DNA from: Catenovulum sp. SX2
GTDB lineage: Bacteria > Pseudomonadota > Gammaproteobacteria > Enterobacterales > Alteromonadaceae
Assembly (NCBI RefSeq): GCF_052056295.1
Contig: NZ_CP182493.1
Coordinates: 2,123,989-2,187,988, forward strand
DNA: 64,000 nt
Reading direction: 5' to 3'
The notes beneath the pieces are model-generated. The model ran no database searches. It was not told the origin of the DNA and was given only the letters and a program-made list of their open reading frames with translations. Of the stretch, positions 29,168-37,613 are shown piece by piece. Made by a program: the position numbers and the translations under genes. The first letter of the stretch is position 1. Each line of letters begins with the position of its first letter.

Positions 29168-29245
29168 AAGTCCATTTCCGTAGGAACTTTTAAAGTTGGG
29201 TTAAATTATGCCCGAAACTTTAACTATTTAGTACTACTATTAAAT

Positions 29246-30856
29246 TTAGTTATTTAAACTTTGCCAATTCAAACCATATTTAGCCAAATATTTCTGTAGC
29301 CGTGTTGAATCGTTTACCGCTGATTTTTTAGTACGACTCACATCAAATAGTGCTCTGCCAGCAGCTGCCATATTCTTATGCTGCAAACAAATGCCCAAAA
29401 CGAAGTTTAGCTGATGCAACTCAAACTGATCCAGTTCAGCTAGCTGCTGTGGAGAAAGATATCTATCCAACGTCTGAAGCGCATTTTGATTGTCGCTAGG
29501 TTGCCAGCAAGACTCTAACCTAGTTATTTCACTCTTGATATCGTCAACCGATATTCTCGAACTATCTGCCAGTGTACACAACCGGGTAATGGCCGAACTT
29601 AAATCTCTAAAATTGCCAGACCATACTGCTTGCTCTGACACGGCAAAAGATTCAAACATGAGTCTAGCCTCCTTATTAAATTGGATGCGCTGACCTGTTT
29701 TGCTTTCATACAATCCAAGTTCGTAATCAATATTTGCAGATATGTCTTCTTTTCGATCTTTTAAAGCTGGTAGCTTATATGTCCATAAATTGATTCTAGC
29801 CAATAAATCTTCACGAAAACTGCCTTTTCGCACTTCCGCTTGTAAATTTTTATTGGTGCCCGCAATCAGTTGAAAATCACTGGTGACCATTTTATCGCTA
29901 CCAACTGGATGAAAACTTTTATTCTCGATAGCGTGTAACAACATAGCTTGTTCTTCGAGGCCGAGCTCAGCAATTTCATCTAAAAACAACATGCCTTTGT
30001 TCGCGGTTAGCAAATAGCCGTTGCGTTCTTTTTGCGCTCCGGTAAAAGCACCTTTGGTATGGCCAAACAATGCTGCCATAGCATTTTCACCTTTTAGCGT
30101 TGCACAGTTCACCGAAACGAACTCGCCCGGCAACATTGCACGTTTTTTCTTCAACTGAAATATACGAGATGCTAGCTGGCTTTTACCTGAACCTGTAGGC
30201 CCAGTTAGCAACATAGGATCGCGTGAGCGAACCGCTACTTTTTCAATTTGACTAATCAGTTGATTAAAGGCTTGGTTATTGGTTTGAATTCCACCTTTTA
30301 AAAACGCATTACCTTCTAAATGCTCTTTATCAAAACGCGTGGCTAATTGGTCATATTTAGATAGGTCGAGATCAATAATTTGCACTTTCCCCTGCGCTTT
30401 ATTTTTATTGTTTTTATCAGGGGACGTTTGAATTAATCGACCTGGGAAATGGCCACTTTCGGTCAGTAGAAAACTACAAATTTGAACTACGTGTGTACCT
30501 GTGGTTATGTGAAACAAGTAGTCGTTGTTTTCTGCATCAAACTGCTGTTTATGGCACCAGTCATATAATTTGGCATACACCTCCTCAAAGTCCCATGGGT
30601 CATTAAAATTCACATTATGCAACTCAACTTGAGTTTCAGGAGAAATGCTCTCAATGTCGGCAGCCACATTATTCGCCAAACGTGAACTATGGTTGTCATG
30701 CAACATATACAATTGATCTATCACCAAATCTTCTTGGCTACACAAGCTCACATTCGGACGCCATTTATCCCATCTATCAACTCGTTTACCAACATAATCT
30801 AGCTGAGTACCAATTAAACTAACCGCAATCGTTTTTTTCAAAACACACATATCCAA
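29246..30856 (-). CDS. rtcR: Sigma-54-dependent transcriptional activator RtcR (N-terminal CARF-like sensor domain, AAA+ sigma-54 interaction domain, C-terminal HTH)
   Basis: Collinear with E. coli RtcR over its full length (..VSLIGTQLDYVGKRVDRWDKWRPNVSLCSQEDLVIDQL vs ..FGFVGTVLDYAGRGSQRWSKWRPTLCLCQQESLVIDRL; Walker A LLTGPTGSGKS; GAFTGA; FLDEIAEL; C-terminal AAAGRALFDVSRTKKSAVNDSTRLQKYLAKYGL). Confidence 0.93.
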   Translation of the reverse strand: MDMCVLKKTIAVSLIGTQLDYVGKRVDRWDKWRPNVSLCSQEDLVIDQLYMLHDNHSSRLANNVAADIESISPETQVELHNVNFNDPWDFEEVYAKLYDWCHKQQFDAENNDYLFHITTGTHVVQICSFLLTESGHFPGRLIQTSPDKNNKNKAQGKVQIIDLDLSKYDQLATRFDKEHLEGNAFLKGGIQTNNQAFNQLISQIEKVAVRSRDPMLLTGPTGSGKSQLASRIFQLKKKRAMLPGEFVSVNCATLKGENAMAALFGHTKGAFTGAQKERNGYLLTANKGMLFLDEIAELGLEEQAMLLHAIENKSFHPVGSDKMVTSDFQLIAGTNKNLQAEVRKGSFREDLLARINLWTYKLPALKDRKEDISANIDYELGLYESKTGQRIQFNKEARLMFESFAVSEQAVWSGNFRDLSSAITRLCTLADSSRISVDDIKSEITRLESCWQPSDNQNALQTLDRYLSPQQLAELDQFELHQLNFVLGICLQHKNMAAAGRALFDVSRTKKSAVNDSTRLQKYLAKYGLNWQSLNN

Positions 30857-30993
30857 ATAGATAAAAACATATCTATATAACTACAAAAATAAAAAAGGTC
30901 AATTACCCCATGAGTTAACTCCAGGTCCCCAAAACAACTTTAAAATAATAAAAATCAATCACTTGTGATAATTCATTAAATTTAATTTTAGTT

Positions 30994-31008
30994 TGGCACA
31001 TGACTTGA
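30994..31008 (+). promoter_or_regulatory. Candidate sigma-54 promoter TGGCAC-N5-TTGA (imperfect -12 element) in the rtcR/rtc-operon divergent region
   Basis: Correct -24 GG to -12 spacing; -12 reads GA instead of GC. Located about 100 nt upstream of the first tRNA-like element. Confidence 0.3.
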
Positions 31009-31107
31009 TAACTAATACTTGTCTGGTTAAACGGTTGTGATTCAAAAAATCACTCTGGTGCGCTGAACTGTGTGAATGCGTATACCTAACCAAACATCCA
31101 AATACAT

Positions 31108-31180
31108 ATTTAAGTAGCTCAGCGGATAGAGCAGCGGTTTTCACCGCTGGTCGAAGGTTCAAATCCTTCCTTAAATACCA
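31108..31180 (+). ncRNA. tRNA-like RNA element 1 with a shortened anticodon loop
   Basis: The sequence folds as a cloverleaf. It has a 7-bp acceptor stem (ATTTAAG/CTTAAAT) followed by A-CCA encoded in the DNA, a D-arm (GCTC..GG..GAGC), a T-arm (GAAGG-TTCAAAT-CCTTC) and a 5-nt variable loop. The anticodon stem GCGGT/ACCGC closes only a 4-nt loop, so it cannot be a decoding tRNA. Confidence 0.65.
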
Positions 31181-31252
31181 AATTGGTAGCTCAAACTGGT
31201 AGAGCATCGAATGTAACTTCGAGTGTTGTGGGTTCAAATCCCACCCAAAAAA
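31181..31252 (+). ncRNA. tRNA-like RNA element 2, more degenerate
   Basis: D-arm (GCTC-AAACTGGTA-GAGC) and T-arm (GTGGG-TTCAAAT-CCCAC) are canonical. The anticodon arm TCGAA-TGTAAC-TTCGA has a 6-nt loop, the acceptor stem is only 4 bp followed by an A-run, and there is no CCA. Confidence 0.5.
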
Positions 31253-31304
31253 TGTAAATAAATAAAGTTAGCAAGCGTTTTTACCAATGGTTGTTAAACG
31301 CAAT

Positions 31305-31319
31305 TGGCAAATAAATAGC
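31305..31319 (+). promoter_or_regulatory. Candidate sigma-54 promoter TGGCAA-N5-TAGC (GG and GC with canonical spacing), 105 bp upstream of the SPFH gene
   Basis: Sequence aatTGGCAaataaaTaGCc read directly. It would drive SPFH-rtcB-rtcA-NTase. RtcR-dependent operons are sigma-54 transcribed in E. coli and Salmonella. Confidence 0.4.
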
Positions 31320-31423
31320 CGCAGGCGGGATGCCCCCAGCTATAAAAAACCATGCGCCTTTAGCAACAAAGTAATTAACCCTTGCTAGCACTTTGCGAAA
31401 GCAAGTGAGAAAAGGATAAAACC

Positions 31424-32578
31424 ATGATTAGAAAAACAATACATGTAGCAGAAAACCAACGTGTTTTAGTATTTAAAGATGAAAAATTAGCGCAAGTTTT
31501 ACCAGCGGGTAAACACACTATTTGGCACTTTAGACAACATTTAAACTGTGTAACCTTCGATATAAACGACTTATATTTTTCTGAGAAAAATGCTGAGCGT
31601 TTGTATCGAGACAACCCATGTTTACAGCAACACATTGCTTACTGGAAATTAACCAGCGATCAGGTCGGATTATTATACGTAGATGACCTACTCCAAGGCA
31701 TAGTCGCGCCAAGTGAACATCTATTTATATGGAAAGATGCTGGTGACATTCGCCTAGAAAGATGCTCAATTGATGACGAGCTTGCTGTGGATGAAAAGTT
31801 GATGTGCTTGATAAATCGTGCTGGCGCTAACTCAGCAAACCGACTTATTCGCAGCAAGAGTACAGTGGCAATTCAGCCTATTGCAGATTTATCCGTGGAT
31901 AAACAACACATAGGTTTGCTGTATATCAATGGCAAATTCAAACAAAAATTAGCGCCAGGCCAACATGCTTTTTGGCAATTTAATCAAACATTAGAGCTAA
32001 AATCCTTTGATTGCAGAACACAAATGTTAGAAATATCCGGTCAGGAAATTTTAAGTAAAGACAGAGTAAGTTTAAGAATTAATTTAAGCGCAAATATCAA
32101 AATTCAAGATGCAGAATTAGTCGCCAATAGTATAGATAAAGCAAACGACTATGTTTATAAAACTTTGCAGTTGGCGCTGAGAGAAGCGGTTGGCACTAAG
32201 TCATTGGACGATATTTTATTAGACAAACTCTATATCAACAGCACGGTTAAGGAGTTAGTCACTGAGCAATTAGCAGAAGTAGGTATCACGCTATTAAATG
32301 TTGGAGTAAAAGACATCATTTTGCCCGGTGAAATGAAAGCCATACTCAACCAAGTTGTTGAAGCACAAAAAGCCGCCGAAGCTAACGTTATCAAAAGACG
32401 TGAAGAAACGTCTGCAACCAGAAGCTTGCACAATACAGCCAAGGTGATGGAAAACAATCCAACGCTTTTGCGTTTAAAAGAATTAGAAGCATTAGAAAAA
32501 ATCGCCGACCGTATTGATAACTTAACAGTGTACGGTGGTTTAGAAGGATTAATGAACGGCGTAGTAAAAATAGCTTAA
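31424..32578 (+). CDS. SPFH/band-7 (slipin-like) domain protein, soluble, with three N-terminal ~40-aa internal repeats
   Basis: The C-terminal half matches the SPFH fold (LAEVGITLLNVGVKDIILPGEMKAILNQVVEAQKAAEANVIKRREETSATRSLHNTAKVM...LLRLKELEALEKIA). There is no TM segment. N-terminal repeats have the shape ..LPAGKHTIWHF.., ..APSEHLFIWKD.., ..APGQHAFWQF.. Confidence 0.75.
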   Translation: MIRKTIHVAENQRVLVFKDEKLAQVLPAGKHTIWHFRQHLNCVTFDINDLYFSEKNAERLYRDNPCLQQHIAYWKLTSDQVGLLYVDDLLQGIVAPSEHLFIWKDAGDIRLERCSIDDELAVDEKLMCLINRAGANSANRLIRSKSTVAIQPIADLSVDKQHIGLLYINGKFKQKLAPGQHAFWQFNQTLELKSFDCRTQMLEISGQEILSKDRVSLRINLSANIKIQDAELVANSIDKANDYVYKTLQLALREAVGTKSLDDILLDKLYINSTVKELVTEQLAEVGITLLNVGVKDIILPGEMKAILNQVVEAQKAAEANVIKRREETSATRSLHNTAKVMENNPTLLRLKELEALEKIADRIDNLTVYGGLEGLMNGVVKIA

Positions 32579-32606
32579 TCGCCAAAAAACGAATTAGGAA
32601 CAAATT

Positions 32607-33836
32607 ATGAGTACAAATTACAACCTTATACAAAATAAAGGCAGCGCGACAATAAAAGCTTGGACTAAAGGTGTACCTTTTGAAGAACAAGCACAACAAC
32701 AATTACAAAATATCGCAACTATGCCGTTAATTCATTCACATATCGCTGTTATGCCTGATGTGCACATGGGCAAAGGCGCAACAATTGGCAGTGTTATTCC
32801 ATCGGTCAATGCAGTTATTCCTGCCGCAGTAGGGGTAGATATTGGTTGTGGCATGGTCGCAACTAAAACCACCTTAACCGCCAGCCAGTTACCAGATAAC
32901 TTGTCTGGTATACGGCAGGCTTTTGAAGCAGCCATTCCGCATGGTAGAACAGGAGGACGCCGCCGAGGCTCCCGAGACAAAGGCGCGTGGCATAACATAC
33001 CTGATATTGTTGCAACTGAATGGCAAAAACTCGAAAAACGTTTTGAACATATTTGTGAAAAACACCCAGCTATAAAAAATAGCAACCATGTAAACCACTT
33101 AGGCACTATGGGTACAGGCAATCACTTTTTAGAATTGTGTTTAGACGAAAATAACGCAGTTTGGATAATGTTGCATTCAGGCAGCCGTGGCGTCGGCAAC
33201 AGAATTGGCACCTATTTTATTGAGTTGGCGAAAAAAGAAATGCAACGACATCAAATTAATTTACCAGATGTTGATTTAGCTTACCTTGAAGAAGGTAGTG
33301 AATATTTTGCTGACTATGTTGAAGCGGTTGAATGGGCACAAGATTTTGCTGCGAAGAATCGCGAAATTATGATGATTAATGCTATTGCGGCTTTGCGAAA
33401 ACAAATACCTGTTGCATTTTCAACAGCAGACTTAGCTGTAAATTGCCACCACAACTATATATCGCGTGAGCACCATTTCGGCAAAGACTGCTTTGTTACC
33501 CGAAAAGGCGCAGTTCGAGCACAAAAAGGTGAAATGGGCATAATCCCGGGCAGCATGGGTGCACGCTCTTACATAGTGAGAGGGCTTGGCAACCCAGAAA
33601 GTTTTAATAGCTGTAGCCATGGAGCAGGCCGGGTGATGTCGCGAACTCAAGCTAAAAAAGTCTACAACATTCAAGACCAAATTGATGCAACTCAAGGGGT
33701 TGAGTGCCGTAAAGATGCAGCGGTAATTGATGAGATCCCACATGCATACAAAGACATAGACAAAGTAATGCAAGCACAAAAAGACCTTGTTGAAGTGGTT
33801 TACACCTTAAAACAAGTTGTTTGTGTAAAAGGTTAA
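32607..33836 (+). CDS. rtcB: RNA-splicing ligase RtcB (3'-phosphate/5'-OH RNA ligase)
   Basis: Near-collinear with E. coli RtcB (HIAVMPDVHMGKGATIGSVIP, PAAVGVDIGCGM, GTMGTGNHFLE.C, HSGSRG.GN, NCHHNY, SCSHGAGR, C-terminal LKQVVCVKG). Confidence 0.95.
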   Translation: MSTNYNLIQNKGSATIKAWTKGVPFEEQAQQQLQNIATMPLIHSHIAVMPDVHMGKGATIGSVIPSVNAVIPAAVGVDIGCGMVATKTTLTASQLPDNLSGIRQAFEAAIPHGRTGGRRRGSRDKGAWHNIPDIVATEWQKLEKRFEHICEKHPAIKNSNHVNHLGTMGTGNHFLELCLDENNAVWIMLHSGSRGVGNRIGTYFIELAKKEMQRHQINLPDVDLAYLEEGSEYFADYVEAVEWAQDFAAKNREIMMINAIAALRKQIPVAFSTADLAVNCHHNYISREHHFGKDCFVTRKGAVRAQKGEMGIIPGSMGARSYIVRGLGNPESFNSCSHGAGRVMSRTQAKKVYNIQDQIDATQGVECRKDAAVIDEIPHAYKDIDKVMQAQKDLVEVVYTLKQVVCVKG

Positions 33837-33851
33837 ACATAAGGAATTTTA

Positions 33852-34886
33852 ATGTCATTTATACAAATTGATGGCGCACAAGGAGAAGGTGGCGGACAAG
33901 TTCTACGAACAGCTTTAACTCTGTCCGCAATCACCAAGCAGCCATTTGAGTTATGCAACATACGCGCAAATAGACAAAAACCTGGGTTGTTGCGTCAGCA
34001 CCTAACTTCAGTATTAGCAGCTCAACAGGTATGCAATGCAGAGGTTGAAGGCGCCGAACTAGGTTCACAAAAAATTGTGTTTACCCCTAATACAATTACC
34101 GCAGGCGAATTTGAATTTTCGATAGGAACAGCTGGTAGTACTGTGTTGGTTTGCCAAACCATACTGCCAATTTTAGCACTGGCAGAAACAGGCTCAGTTA
34201 TCAAATTTGAAGGAGGCACACACAATGGAATGTCGCCTTCATTGTGTTTTTTACAGCAGAGTTATTTGCCACTATTGCGCAAAATGGGTGTACAAAGTGC
34301 CGTAACAGAGGGCAAATATGGCTTTTACCCTGCTGGCGGCGGCAGCTGGAAACTTGAAATCACGCCAGCCAAGAAATGGCAACAACTGCATCTGAATGAA
34401 CAGGCAAACTTGCCGCAACAACACTTAGAGAGTGGCCAAATTAAGGTTTTATTGAGCAGTTTGCCAAATAACATAGCGGAACGAGAAATTACCACTGCAA
34501 AAAAGTATTTAAATTGGCCTGACGCGCAAGCACAAATAAAGCAAGTAAGAGCCAACGGCCCTGGCAATAGTTTTCAAATTTCACTACTGAGTAAAAACCA
34601 CAATAGTGTTTTTGAAGTGATTGGTGAGTTAAGGGTTTCAGCAGAGCAAGTGGCTAAACGCTGCGCAGGGCGGGTCAAAAAGTTTATTCAGGCAAATGCT
34701 GCAGTAGAAGAGCATTTGGCTGACCAACTTTTATTGCCTATGGCTCTAGCTGGCGGTGGTTGCTTTACAACTACAAAACCGAGCTTGCATACACAAACAA
34801 ATATTAAAGTCATTCAACAGTTCGTCAATATTGATATACAAGTGAATCAAATAGACGAGTTATTGTGGGAAATTACCCTTAGGTGA
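33852..34886 (+). CDS. rtcA: RNA 3'-terminal phosphate cyclase RtcA
   Basis: IDGAQGEGGGQVLRTALTLSAITKQPFEL.NIRANRQKPGLLRQHLT matches the RtcA N-terminus. YLADQLLLPMALAGGG is the C-terminal signature. Confidence 0.93.
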   Translation: MSFIQIDGAQGEGGGQVLRTALTLSAITKQPFELCNIRANRQKPGLLRQHLTSVLAAQQVCNAEVEGAELGSQKIVFTPNTITAGEFEFSIGTAGSTVLVCQTILPILALAETGSVIKFEGGTHNGMSPSLCFLQQSYLPLLRKMGVQSAVTEGKYGFYPAGGGSWKLEITPAKKWQQLHLNEQANLPQQHLESGQIKVLLSSLPNNIAEREITTAKKYLNWPDAQAQIKQVRANGPGNSFQISLLSKNHNSVFEVIGELRVSAEQVAKRCAGRVKKFIQANAAVEEHLADQLLLPMALAGGGCFTTTKPSLHTQTNIKVIQQFVNIDIQVNQIDELLWEITLR

Positions 34887-34924
34887 TGAACAAAAAATGA
34901 AGCGATAAGTAAGGAATAATAACA

Positions 34925-35719
34925 ATGCATCAGATACCAGCAGAAGTTAGAGAGGAAATACTGAGCAGAATAAAAGCCGCTGAAGCAGAACATCAGGTCA
35001 AGGTTTTATACGCGGTCGAGTCCGGTAGCCGAGCTTGGGGGTTTGCTAGCCCAAACAGTGATTATGATGTCAGGTTTATCTACGTACATCCAAAAGATTG
35101 GTATTTAGCCGTCAATCTTGAAGATAAACGTAATGTAATCGAATACCCAATAGTCGATGAAATAGATATAAATGGTTGGGACATACGTAAAGCACTCAAG
35201 CTTTATTGGAAATCTAACCCGGCTTTTATCGAATGGTTGCAATCACCCATAGTGTACCTTGAGCAAGGTGATTTTGCACAACAGGCTCGCAGTTTAATGC
35301 CACAAACAGTGTCATCAAATAAAGGTATTCACCATTATTTGCACATGGCCAAAAACAACTTTCGAGAATATTTGAAAAAAGACACTGTACCGCTTAAAAA
35401 GTATTTTTACGTGTTACGTCCTTTATTGGCAATTGCCTGGTTAGAGAAATACAACACCCCAGCACCAATAGAGTTTGATGTTTTACGTAAACTTGTTGCC
35501 GACAACAAAGCATTAGACAGTGCGATAACTGAGCTGCTAGAGCGTACAAAAGTCAGCTTAGAGAAGGAATACGCACCAGCTGTGCCTGTAATAAATCAAT
35601 TTATTCAAACTGAGCTGGAGCGCCTAAAAACGGCCAACTTAACTGACAAAGCAACCGATAGAGAAGTTAGTTTCGACCAACTAAACACGCTGTTTAAACA
35701 TGTGATAGATCACGAGTAA
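34925..35719 (+). CDS. Pol-beta-superfamily nucleotidyltransferase (PF10127/COG3541-like predicted nucleotidyltransferase)
   Basis: NTase motif GS-x9-13-DxD (VESGSRAWGFASPNSDYDVRFIY). 264 aa. Immediately follows rtcA with a 38-bp gap on the same strand. Confidence 0.7.
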   Translation: MHQIPAEVREEILSRIKAAEAEHQVKVLYAVESGSRAWGFASPNSDYDVRFIYVHPKDWYLAVNLEDKRNVIEYPIVDEIDINGWDIRKALKLYWKSNPAFIEWLQSPIVYLEQGDFAQQARSLMPQTVSSNKGIHHYLHMAKNNFREYLKKDTVPLKKYFYVLRPLLAIAWLEKYNTPAPIEFDVLRKLVADNKALDSAITELLERTKVSLEKEYAPAVPVINQFIQTELERLKTANLTDKATDREVSFDQLNTLFKHVIDHE

Positions 35720-35742
35720 GCGACTTGTGATCTATATGAACC

Positions 35743-35985
35743 CTAAACGTAAAACGCTTCTACCGTACCTTTTAATTTAATCAGCAAAGGTTGTCCACGG
35801 CGGTCTAACGCTTTTGGTGATGGTACTTTAACCCAACCTTCGCTGATGCAGTATTCTTCAACATTGTTGCGTTCTTTGCCGTTTAAACGAATGCCAATTT
35901 CGTGTTCAAAACATTCTTTAACAAAAAACTTGCTGCGAGAATCGCTGGCTAAACGGTCTGGTAATGCTGGTTTGTTATCACTCAT
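35743..35985 (-). CDS. DUF3297-family small protein
   Basis: 80 aa. PDRLASDSRS.FF...C.....GIRLNGKER..VEEYC.SEGWV.V...........G.PL.IKLKG.VE is the DUF3297 pattern. Confidence 0.6.
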   Translation of the reverse strand: MSDNKPALPDRLASDSRSKFFVKECFEHEIGIRLNGKERNNVEEYCISEGWVKVPSPKALDRRGQPLLIKLKGTVEAFYV

Positions 35986-36098
35986 TTTAGAAACCTAAAA
36001 ATACAACTTAAAATAGAAAGTACAGCATTGTAGGCAAAGGTGTTGCTATAGACAATCGCAATCTGATTTAAAGTACAATCAGCCATTCAAACCTAGGG

Positions 36099-37613
36099 TT
36101 AGCTCCAGTGTTTCCAACCTTCTAAGTAATAATACAGCACCTGTGGTTTATCTAAATTGCTGACTTTGCTTTCTCTGTTGTTGATATCCGTAGAAAAAGT
36201 CATCAGCGCTGCCTCTATGTTTTTAGCATAAAAGCGCATGGGCGGTAGGTAGCCTTGAACAAAATCACATTGAAACCTACACGCCATAACAAACCCCCAA
36301 TCGCCAAAAGATGGAATGTCGACGTGATACGGTAGCACTTGATTATAACCACTTGCAGCAATTGTATTGTGAATAGACCAAAACGCTTTAGTTGCAAAAA
36401 ATGGGCTGGTCGCTTGTGTCACCAATATACCCGTATCTTGCAATCGGCTGCGGGCAATTTGATAAAACTGTTTGCTGTATAACCTAGCTAAACTGACTGT
36501 TTTTGGGTCAGGCAAATCAACCACTATTAAATCAAAACGTCGCTGAGTATCAGTTAAATAAACAAAGGCATCTTGGTGGATAACCTGCATTTTTTCATTA
36601 AACAAAGCTCTGTTATTGAGCTCGACTAGATAAACATTATCGCGCGCTAATTGCGCAACAGCTGGGTCTAAATCAACTAAGGTAATTGTTTCTACCATAG
36701 GATACTTGAGCAGTTCTCTTGCAGCCAAACCGTCACCGCCTCCTAATATCAAGACAGATTTGGGTTGAGCTATTCTTTGCATTGCAGGGTGAATAAGCGA
36801 CTCGTGATATCTATACTCATCAATTGCTGAAAACTGTAAACCACCATTCAGGTACAGGCGAATATCGTCTTTGCGCTTGGTCATAATAATTTGCTGGTAC
36901 GGCGTTTGCTGACTATGCACTATGCGATCATCAAACACAGTTTCATTCCACTTTTCGCTTAGCTGATTGCTAAACAACATGAGTCCCGACAAAATAACAA
37001 AAGATAAAATCAGCGAAGTGCGTAAATAGTGCTGCTGAGTTTTACTCAGCTGGGCAAAAAAGTACCACAGTAAGGTCAAGGCAATTGACAAATTGAGTAA
37101 GCCAAATAATAAGCTTGTTTTAAACACACCAAGCCAAGGCAGCAGAGCCAGCGGAAAAACGAGTGTTGCTATCAGTGCACCAAAATAATCAATAGATAAT
37201 ACGTTAGCCAAATTAGCTTTAAGTGTGTAATGCTTTTCCATTAAGCGGGTTAACAAGGGAATTTCTAAGCCAACTAGCACACCAATAATGGCTGTGAGTA
37301 AAATGGAAATAACCTGAAAAGGTAAACCTTGTGCATAAGTAAAATACAGCACAGGTACACAACTGCCGCCAACAACCGCCAACACTAGTTCATAACCAAT
37401 AAACTGAGTTAACAAGCTTTGGTCGCTCACCCATTTAGACAAATACGAGCCCACGCCCATAGTCGCCATATATACACCTATGGTGACTGAAAACTGAGTA
37501 ATGCTATCGCCTAAAAAGTATGAGCCTGTGGTCGCAATAAGTAACTCGTAAATAATTGAACATAAACCTGCAATAAAAATACTGAACAGCAGGATATGGC
37601 TTTCACGTAACAC
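36099..37613 (-). CDS. Membrane-bound polyamine aminopropyltransferase (spermidine synthase)-like protein; GTG start abutting the upstream stop codon
   Basis: About 7 N-terminal TM helices followed by a SpeE-like class I methyltransferase-fold domain (VLILGGGDGLAARELLKYP.VE.ITLVDLDP, DLIVVDLPDP). Confidence 0.8.
   Translation of the reverse strand: MLRESHILLFSIFIAGLCSIIYELLIATTGSYFLGDSITQFSVTIGVYMATMGVGSYLSKWVSDQSLLTQFIGYELVLAVVGGSCVPVLYFTYAQGLPFQVISILLTAIIGVLVGLEIPLLTRLMEKHYTLKANLANVLSIDYFGALIATLVFPLALLPWLGVFKTSLLFGLLNLSIALTLLWYFFAQLSKTQQHYLRTSLILSFVILSGLMLFSNQLSEKWNETVFDDRIVHSQQTPYQQIIMTKRKDDIRLYLNGGLQFSAIDEYRYHESLIHPAMQRIAQPKSVLILGGGDGLAARELLKYPMVETITLVDLDPAVAQLARDNVYLVELNNRALFNEKMQVIHQDAFVYLTDTQRRFDLIVVDLPDPKTVSLARLYSKQFYQIARSRLQDTGILVTQATSPFFATKAFWSIHNTIAASGYNQVLPYHVDIPSFGDWGFVMACRFQCDFVQGYLPPMRFYAKNIEAALMTFSTDINNRESKVSNLDKPQVLYYYLEGWKHWS

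Noticed and set aside
31108-31252. Considered calling these two elements ordinary tRNA genes (the first has a perfect acceptor stem plus encoded CCA and canonical D- and T-arms; the 34-36-equivalent position reads TTC or TCA depending on register).
   Set aside because: The anticodon loops are 4 nt and 6 nt rather than 7 nt, the second element lacks a proper acceptor stem and CCA, and the position (rtc locus leader) matches tRNA-mimicking Y-RNA-like elements. Called ncRNA, not tRNA.
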